This document shows positions 58,739 to 64,000 of a DNA stretch of 64,000 bases, in pieces (positions within the stretch are counted from its first letter, which is position 1; each line of letters opens with the position of its first letter). A program made the translations under genes and the position numbers. The notes beneath the pieces are model-generated. The model had not been told where the DNA came from and made no database searches. It saw nothing but the letters and a program-made list of their open reading frames with translations. The stretch lies in contig VXMB01000009.1 of the NCBI GenBank assembly GCA_009841265.1, forward strand, positions 1,725,235 to 1,789,234, given 5' to 3'. This DNA comes from Gemmatimonadota bacterium (lineage in GTDB: Bacteria > JAAXHH01).

Positions 58739-60175
58739 ATGTCCCATACCCATGACGACGAACTCGTAGAAGAGATACTGCCGGCGGGCCAACCCCGGCT
58801 GCTCCGGGTACTGACGGCAAAAACCGGTACGGCGGTCATCATCGGTGCGATCATCGGATCGGGCATTTTCATGGTGCCGAGCACGGTAGCCTCGCAGGTC
58901 GGTTCGCCCGCGCTCAGCCTGTTCGTGTGGATCATCGGCGGCGTGCTGGCCCTGGCGGGCGCCCTGTGCTACGCGGAACTCGGCGCGGCCATACCGCGCA
59001 GCGGGGGTACCTATGCCTTCCTCAGGCGGGCGTACAACACGGACCTGGTCGCCTTTCTTTTCGGATGGGCCTTTCTCTTCATCATCATCACCGGGGCCAT
59101 GGGCGCGGTGGCCACCGTATTCGCCCGGTACGCCGGCGGACTCTTCGGCATAGAAGACCTCTGGACCGAGCGGTGGCTGGCCGTGGGATGCATCCTCTTC
59201 CTGACCGTGGTCAACTGCCTGGGCGTCAAGATCGGCGGATCGGTCCAGAACGTGTTCGCCTTCATCAAGGTCGGCGCCGTCCTGGCCGTGATCCTCCTCG
59301 GTTTTTCCATGGCAACGGGAACGGAAGTCGCCTGGACCCCGCTGGTGCAGGAAAGGACGGGGACCGCGCTCCTCGGCGGCCTGAGCCTGGCGATCCTGGG
59401 GGCGCTGTTCGCCTACAACGGCTGGTTTTTCGTGACGTTCATCGCGACCGAGATCAAGGACCCGGCGCGGAGCATTCCACGGGCGATTTTCGCCGCACTG
59501 GCGATCGTGGCCACGGTCTATATCCTGGCCAACGTAGTCTACCTTACGGTCCTGTCCTTCGAAGAACTCCAGGCGTCCCGCCGGCCGGCGGCCGATACCC
59601 TCCAGGCCCTGGTGGGACCATCGGGTGCGATGGCCATATCGGCGGCCATCATGCTGACGACTTTCGGCACGGTCAACGCCCAGCTGATGGTGGCGCCCAG
59701 GGTCTATCACGCCATGGCGAATCACGAGATCTTCTTCCGCGTGTGCCAGTACGTGCACCCCCGTTTCAGGACGCCGGTGGTTTCCATCGTGATGCAGGGG
59801 CTGTGGGCTTCGGTCTTCGCGCTGACCGGCACCTTCGTCGAGATCGTCAGTTTCGCCATGTTCTACACCTACGTATTCCTGACGCTGGCGGTGATCGGTC
59901 TCATGATATTGCGGAGGAAGGAACCGGACCTGCACCGGCCGTACCGGGTGTGGGGATATCCCGTGACCCCCGTACTTTTCCTCGTGATCGCCGCGGGCGT
60001 GCTGGCCAATGCCCTGATCGGCGACTTTACGCGCCCGTTGCTGGGCCTCGTCATCCTGGCCATCGGACTGCCCTTCTATTTCTACTGGAAGAGGCAGCAG
60101 CGGGCGAACCCGGCGGTCGGATCGACGACCGACCCGGTGGCCGACTCGACGGCCGGCTCGACCGCCATGGAGTAA
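58739..60175 (+). CDS. APC-family amino acid permease
   Basis: IIGSGIF, YAELG..IP.SGG.Y, FAYNGW, EIKDP.R.IP, LHRPYRVWGYP. Confidence 0.92.
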   Translation: MSHTHDDELVEEILPAGQPRLLRVLTAKTGTAVIIGAIIGSGIFMVPSTVASQVGSPALSLFVWIIGGVLALAGALCYAELGAAIPRSGGTYAFLRRAYNTDLVAFLFGWAFLFIIITGAMGAVATVFARYAGGLFGIEDLWTERWLAVGCILFLTVVNCLGVKIGGSVQNVFAFIKVGAVLAVILLGFSMATGTEVAWTPLVQERTGTALLGGLSLAILGALFAYNGWFFVTFIATEIKDPARSIPRAIFAALAIVATVYILANVVYLTVLSFEELQASRRPAADTLQALVGPSGAMAISAAIMLTTFGTVNAQLMVAPRVYHAMANHEIFFRVCQYVHPRFRTPVVSIVMQGLWASVFALTGTFVEIVSFAMFYTYVFLTLAVIGLMILRRKEPDLHRPYRVWGYPVTPVLFLVIAAGVLANALIGDFTRPLLGLVILAIGLPFYFYWKRQQRANPAVGSTTDPVADSTAGSTAME

Positions 60176-60184
60176 ACCCGGCAC

Positions 60185-61594
60185 ATGTCCCGACCGCACG
60201 TCATCTACATCCTGTCCGACGAACACGCGGGCCAGGCCATGGGCCACGCCGGGGATCCCAACTTGCGGACCCCCAACATGGACCGCATGGCCGCGGAGGG
60301 TGTGAGTTTCATGCGCGCCCGGGCCAACTGTCCCGTGTGCACGCCTTCGCGGGGCACCATATTCTCGGGCCGCCACGCCCACGCCGGACCGGTGCAGGGG
60401 TTTCACGACGTGTACAAGCCGGCGGCGCCGAGCACGGCTACGCTGCTTCGAGAAGCCGGCTATCACACCGCCTATTTCGGTAAGTGGCACTGCGGGACGG
60501 TGCGCGACCAGATCCCCCCGGAGGTTCGGCGCGACCCGGGCTACTACGACCTCGAAGGGGCGGCGCGCACGCCGGAATTCCACCGGGGCGGTTTCCAGGA
60601 CTGGTACGGATTCGAGATGAACAATGCGCCGTTCAGGGGATTCTACTACCGGGACGGCGACGTGGACCCCACGCGCATGCCGGGTTACCAGACCGACGCG
60701 TTGACCGACATGGCCATCGCGTACCTGCGGGACTACGACGGGGACCGGCCGCTCTTTCTCGTCCTCAGCGTGGAGCCGCCCCACTGGCCGCTCGAAGCGC
60801 CGGATGCCGACATGCGGTTCGATCCCGCGTCCCTGAGGACCCGCCCGAATTTCGGCGGTCAAGCCGATCTGAGGGAACGGCTGGCCGCCTACTACGCCAT
60901 GATCGAGAACCTGGACGGGAACATCGGCCGCCTGCTCGACGCGGTGGGCGGCATGGACGGTTTCCGGGACAACACGGTGACGGTGTACTTCTCGGATCAC
61001 GGCGACTTCATGGGAAGCCACGGCCAGATGGAGGACAAGGGACATCCCCACGAAGAGTCCGTACGGGTACCCGCGGTCTTTTACGCCCCGGGGGTCCTCG
61101 AGCCGCAGGGCGCGCGGCCGGACCTGTTCAGCCTGGTGGACATGGCGCCCACGACCCTCGGACTGGCCGGGGTGCCCGTGCCGGTCCACATGCAGGGCGC
61201 CGACTTTTCTCCGGCCTTGAGGGGCGCGGATTTCGACGGGCCCGGGGAAGTACTACTCGAAATGGTGGGGGCGCCCAGGGTGCACTTCGACTACGCGGAC
61301 TGGCGCGGACTGGTCACGGACCGTTGGAAGTACGCCTTCTACGAGACCGGCCACGAAGTGCTCTTCGACCTGTGGGAAGACCCGTACGAATCGCGTAACC
61401 TGGCGGACGCGGATCCGGTCCGGCTGGCGGACATGCGGACGCGTCTGCTAAGCCTGCTGGAAGCCACGCGGGAACCCTATTTCGACGTGATCGTCCAGCA
61501 CGGCGTCCGTCCCGACGGTCCGGCCCTGAACATTTCCCGTCGCCGGCGGGACGGCATCGCGCCGTCGTGGGACGACCTGATACGCAACGCCTGA
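60185..61594 (+). CDS. Sulfatase-like hydrolase (Cys-type)
   Basis: LSDEH, CTPSRGTIFSGR (CxPxR), GKWH, SDHG, EES.RVP. Confidence 0.9.
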   Translation: MSRPHVIYILSDEHAGQAMGHAGDPNLRTPNMDRMAAEGVSFMRARANCPVCTPSRGTIFSGRHAHAGPVQGFHDVYKPAAPSTATLLREAGYHTAYFGKWHCGTVRDQIPPEVRRDPGYYDLEGAARTPEFHRGGFQDWYGFEMNNAPFRGFYYRDGDVDPTRMPGYQTDALTDMAIAYLRDYDGDRPLFLVLSVEPPHWPLEAPDADMRFDPASLRTRPNFGGQADLRERLAAYYAMIENLDGNIGRLLDAVGGMDGFRDNTVTVYFSDHGDFMGSHGQMEDKGHPHEESVRVPAVFYAPGVLEPQGARPDLFSLVDMAPTTLGLAGVPVPVHMQGADFSPALRGADFDGPGEVLLEMVGAPRVHFDYADWRGLVTDRWKYAFYETGHEVLFDLWEDPYESRNLADADPVRLADMRTRLLSLLEATREPYFDVIVQHGVRPDGPALNISRRRRDGIAPSWDDLIRNA

Positions 61595-61630
61595 CGAAGG
61601 CGTATCCTGCCCAATCCAGGAGGGAACGAC

Positions 61631-62581
61631 ATGCTGGAACAGTTCAAACGCGACGGCTACATCCTCGTTCCCGGCGTCTTCAGCGCCGAAGAAATGGACG
61701 CCGCGCTGGAGGCCATGGAGCGGAATTTCTACGGCAAATCCTACGCGTCCTGGCTCGGGAACTTCGAACGGGGCGAACAGGGATCCGTGGGAGACGGGTT
61801 CACCACGAAGCAGGACGAAGTGGTGGGACGGTCCCAGTTTCCGGTGGGCGATCCGGCGCTCGACCGGCTCATCGAGAACGAACGCTACCTTGATCTATTC
61901 GAGCTGTTCCTGGACGACCGGCCTAGTTATTGCAACGCCCACCTGTTCATGCGCACCGGACCGGTGGACGAGCGGTATCCCGACGAATCCTGGAGCGGAT
62001 ACCACGTCGACCACAACACGAACTGCGTTCTTCCACCGTCCAAGGACGCCGCGCGATTCTCCTACATCAACTCCGGCGTGTATCTCCATGACGTCGAAGA
62101 CGACGGCGCGCCCATGCTGCTCGTACCCGGTTCGCACACACGGGCGGCCGAGGTCTTTGCCGACGGATGGGACACCGGCAACATGGCGAGCGTCAGCCAC
62201 GTCCGGGACATCCGCAAGGCCGGCCTGCAGGATCCGGTCCCGGCCGTGGGCACGAAGGGAACCGCGGCCTTCTATTCGTCCTACCTGCTCCATTCGGCGC
62301 AGCCCTTTCAGGACAAGAAAAAGCAGCGGGCCTTCTGGACCCTTTCCATGTGCCGCCGCGACGCCGACCGGTTTACACGTTTCTCGAATCCATTCATCTA
62401 CGGCGAGCGGGAGTACATGCTACCATTCATAACGGATACGACCCCGCGCGTCCGGTCGCTGTTCGGCTGGCCCGAGCCCGGCCATCCCTACTACACGGAA
62501 CAGACCCTGGGCCTCCTCGCGCGGGCCTTCCCGGGTATCGACCTGGACCCCTATCGCCAGGCTTTGCACCGGGCATCATGA
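61631..62581 (+). CDS. PhyH-family dioxygenase
   Basis: YHVD, VYLHD, VPGSH, LLHSA. Confidence 0.8.
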   Translation: MLEQFKRDGYILVPGVFSAEEMDAALEAMERNFYGKSYASWLGNFERGEQGSVGDGFTTKQDEVVGRSQFPVGDPALDRLIENERYLDLFELFLDDRPSYCNAHLFMRTGPVDERYPDESWSGYHVDHNTNCVLPPSKDAARFSYINSGVYLHDVEDDGAPMLLVPGSHTRAAEVFADGWDTGNMASVSHVRDIRKAGLQDPVPAVGTKGTAAFYSSYLLHSAQPFQDKKKQRAFWTLSMCRRDADRFTRFSNPFIYGEREYMLPFITDTTPRVRSLFGWPEPGHPYYTEQTLGLLARAFPGIDLDPYRQALHRAS

Positions 62582-62583
62582 CC

Positions 62584-62618
62584 TTGACATCAACGGGCGT
62601 TTCCCGTTATCCTGATGT
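62584..62618 (+). promoter_or_regulatory. Putative promoter of ACMSD-kynU with nested inverted repeats
   Basis: TTGACA-18 bp-TATCCT; ACATCA/TGATGT and AACGGG/CCCGTT arms overlap it. Confidence 0.45.
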
Positions 62619-62721
62619 TGCATCGTCCGTTCCCTTTCAGGTCGCGGGACGCGTCGCCGTAATACGCTTCGGACAGGCGGTCAGATGGTCCCGACGCCGC
62701 CCCAGCACCTCTCCTTGAACC

Positions 62722-63774
62722 ATGTGCGAATACACCGGCCCCAACCCCATACCCAAGATCGACATCCACACCCATATCCTGCCGGAGAACTGGCCCGACC
62801 TGCACAAGCGCTACGGGTACGGCGGGTTCGTCGAACTGGACCATTACCGGCCGGGATGCGCGCGCATGATGATCGACGGCAGGCAGTTCCGCGAGATACA
62901 GGCCAACTCGTGGGACCCGCCGACCCGGATCGGGGAATGCGACGCCGCCGGCGTGCACGTCCAGGTCCTCTCCACCGTCCCGGTGATGTTCAGCTACTGG
63001 GCGCAGCCGGCGGACGCGCTGGACCTGTCCCGCATGCTCAACGACCACATCGCCGATGTCGTCCATACCTGGCCCCGGCGTTTCATCGGCCTGGGCACGG
63101 TGCCCATGCAGGCGCCCGACCTGGCCATCCGGGAAATGGAGCGGTGCGTCCGGGAACTGGGCCTGTCCGGCATTGAGATCGGGACCCACATCAATGGCAA
63201 CAACCTGAGCGAACCCCACCTGTTCCCGGTGTTCGAAGCGGCGGCTGAACTCGGCGCGGCGGTGTTCATCCATCCCTGGGACATCATGGGACAGGAGTCC
63301 ATGGAGAAGTACTGGCTGCCCTGGCTGGTGGGCATGCCCGCCGAGACCTCACGGGCAATCTGTTCCATGATCTTCGGCGGAGTGCTCGAGCGCCTGCCCG
63401 ACCTGCGCGTGGCCTTTGCCCACGGCGGCGGGTCCTTTCCCGCGACCATCGGACGGATCGACTACGGGTTCCAGATCCGCCCCGACCTGTGCGCGGTGGA
63501 CAACGACGTGCTGCCGAGCGATTACCTGGGCCGGTTCTACCTGGATTCCCTCGTCCACGACAGCCGCATCCTGGACTACCTGATCCAGCTCATCGGACCG
63601 GACCACATCGCCCTGGGATCGGACTATCCCTTCCCGCTCGGTGAAGCGGTGCCGGGCAGGATGATCGAGTCCATGAGCCACCTGGACGATGACGTCAAGT
63701 CCAGGCTGCTGTACCGCTCCGCGCTCGCGTGGCTGAACCTGGCAGCAGACCGGTTTTTCGGTGGAAACGACTAG
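62722..63774 (+). CDS. 2-amino-3-carboxymuconate-6-semialdehyde decarboxylase (amidohydrolase 2)
   Basis: [52 protein letters not shown]. Confidence 0.9.
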   Translation: MCEYTGPNPIPKIDIHTHILPENWPDLHKRYGYGGFVELDHYRPGCARMMIDGRQFREIQANSWDPPTRIGECDAAGVHVQVLSTVPVMFSYWAQPADALDLSRMLNDHIADVVHTWPRRFIGLGTVPMQAPDLAIREMERCVRELGLSGIEIGTHINGNNLSEPHLFPVFEAAAELGAAVFIHPWDIMGQESMEKYWLPWLVGMPAETSRAICSMIFGGVLERLPDLRVAFAHGGGSFPATIGRIDYGFQIRPDLCAVDNDVLPSDYLGRFYLDSLVHDSRILDYLIQLIGPDHIALGSDYPFPLGEAVPGRMIESMSHLDDDVKSRLLYRSALAWLNLAADRFFGGND

Positions 63775-63777
63775 CCT

Positions 63778-64000
63778 ATGGACACGCGACCCGACCAGCG
63801 AACGGACGCCGGCGAGATGGACGCCAGGGACGGGCTTTCAGCCTTCCGGTCGCGTTTTCACTTCCCGAGGGCCGGAAACGGGGCGGAGGCGGTCTACCTG
63901 GTGGGCCATTCGCTCGGACTCCAGCCCGTAGCCGCACGGGAATACGTGGAACGTGAACTCGACGACTGGCGAAGCCTGGGCGTCGAAGGGCATTTCAAGG
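63778..64000 (+). CDS. kynU: Kynureninase, N-terminus only (runs off window)
   Basis: Not in ORF track; manual translation MDTRPDQ...FRSRFHFP...YLVGHSLGLQP...ELDDW..LGVEGHF. Confidence 0.85.
   Translation, partial: MDTRPDQRTDAGEMDARDGLSAFRSRFHFPRAGNGAEAVYLVGHSLGLQPVAAREYVERELDDWRSLGVEGHFK

Noticed and set aside
57812-61189. 1125-aa minus-strand ORF
   Set aside because: Antisense to hpaD, permease and sulfatase; no recognisable domain.

Overview
GC-rich bacterial window with host-like codon usage except one clearly AT-richer 2.3-kb insert. It holds about 57 CDS. I saw no rRNA, tRNA, CRISPR array, integrase or transposase. LPS GT9 genes, Bacteroidota-like TonB/lipoprotein and Gld-like modules, a Ser/Thr kinase-propeller and four PhyH genes suggest an FCB-group organism such as Latescibacterota or Gemmatimonadota, possibly a marine or sponge symbiont (inference only). 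Layout: (1-10 kb) Hcy-methyltransferase fragment, Cof HAD, PfkB-kinase/KdsD-like SIS fusion, dcd, EamA, DUF1326, aldo-keto reductase, SufE, HupE/UreJ, DUF6702, M28 peptidase. (10-21 kb) moaB, Zn-ribbon-less L28/L33, DUF2237, DUF5916, and a tandemly duplicated three-gene cassette: 89-aa HCxxC...RAPP leader ORF, His/Asp-rich lipoprotein, TonB-dependent receptor. (21-42 kb) Gld-like ABC system, TPP enzyme, PiT, CPBP protease, DUF4295-like small protein, a third TBDR, rlmN, two GT9, apt, kinase, oxidoreductase, isochorismatase. (42-64 kb) catabolic region with PhyH and enolase-superfamily genes, an AT-rich putative restriction-modification pair, hpaG/E/D, APC permease, sulfatase, ACMSD and the start of kynU. 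Top candidates for new biology: the duplicated RAPP arrest-peptide-controlled metal-uptake cassettes, the atypical MTase/nuclease island, and the sugar kinase-isomerase fusion. All product calls come from motif recognition by eye; no searches were run.
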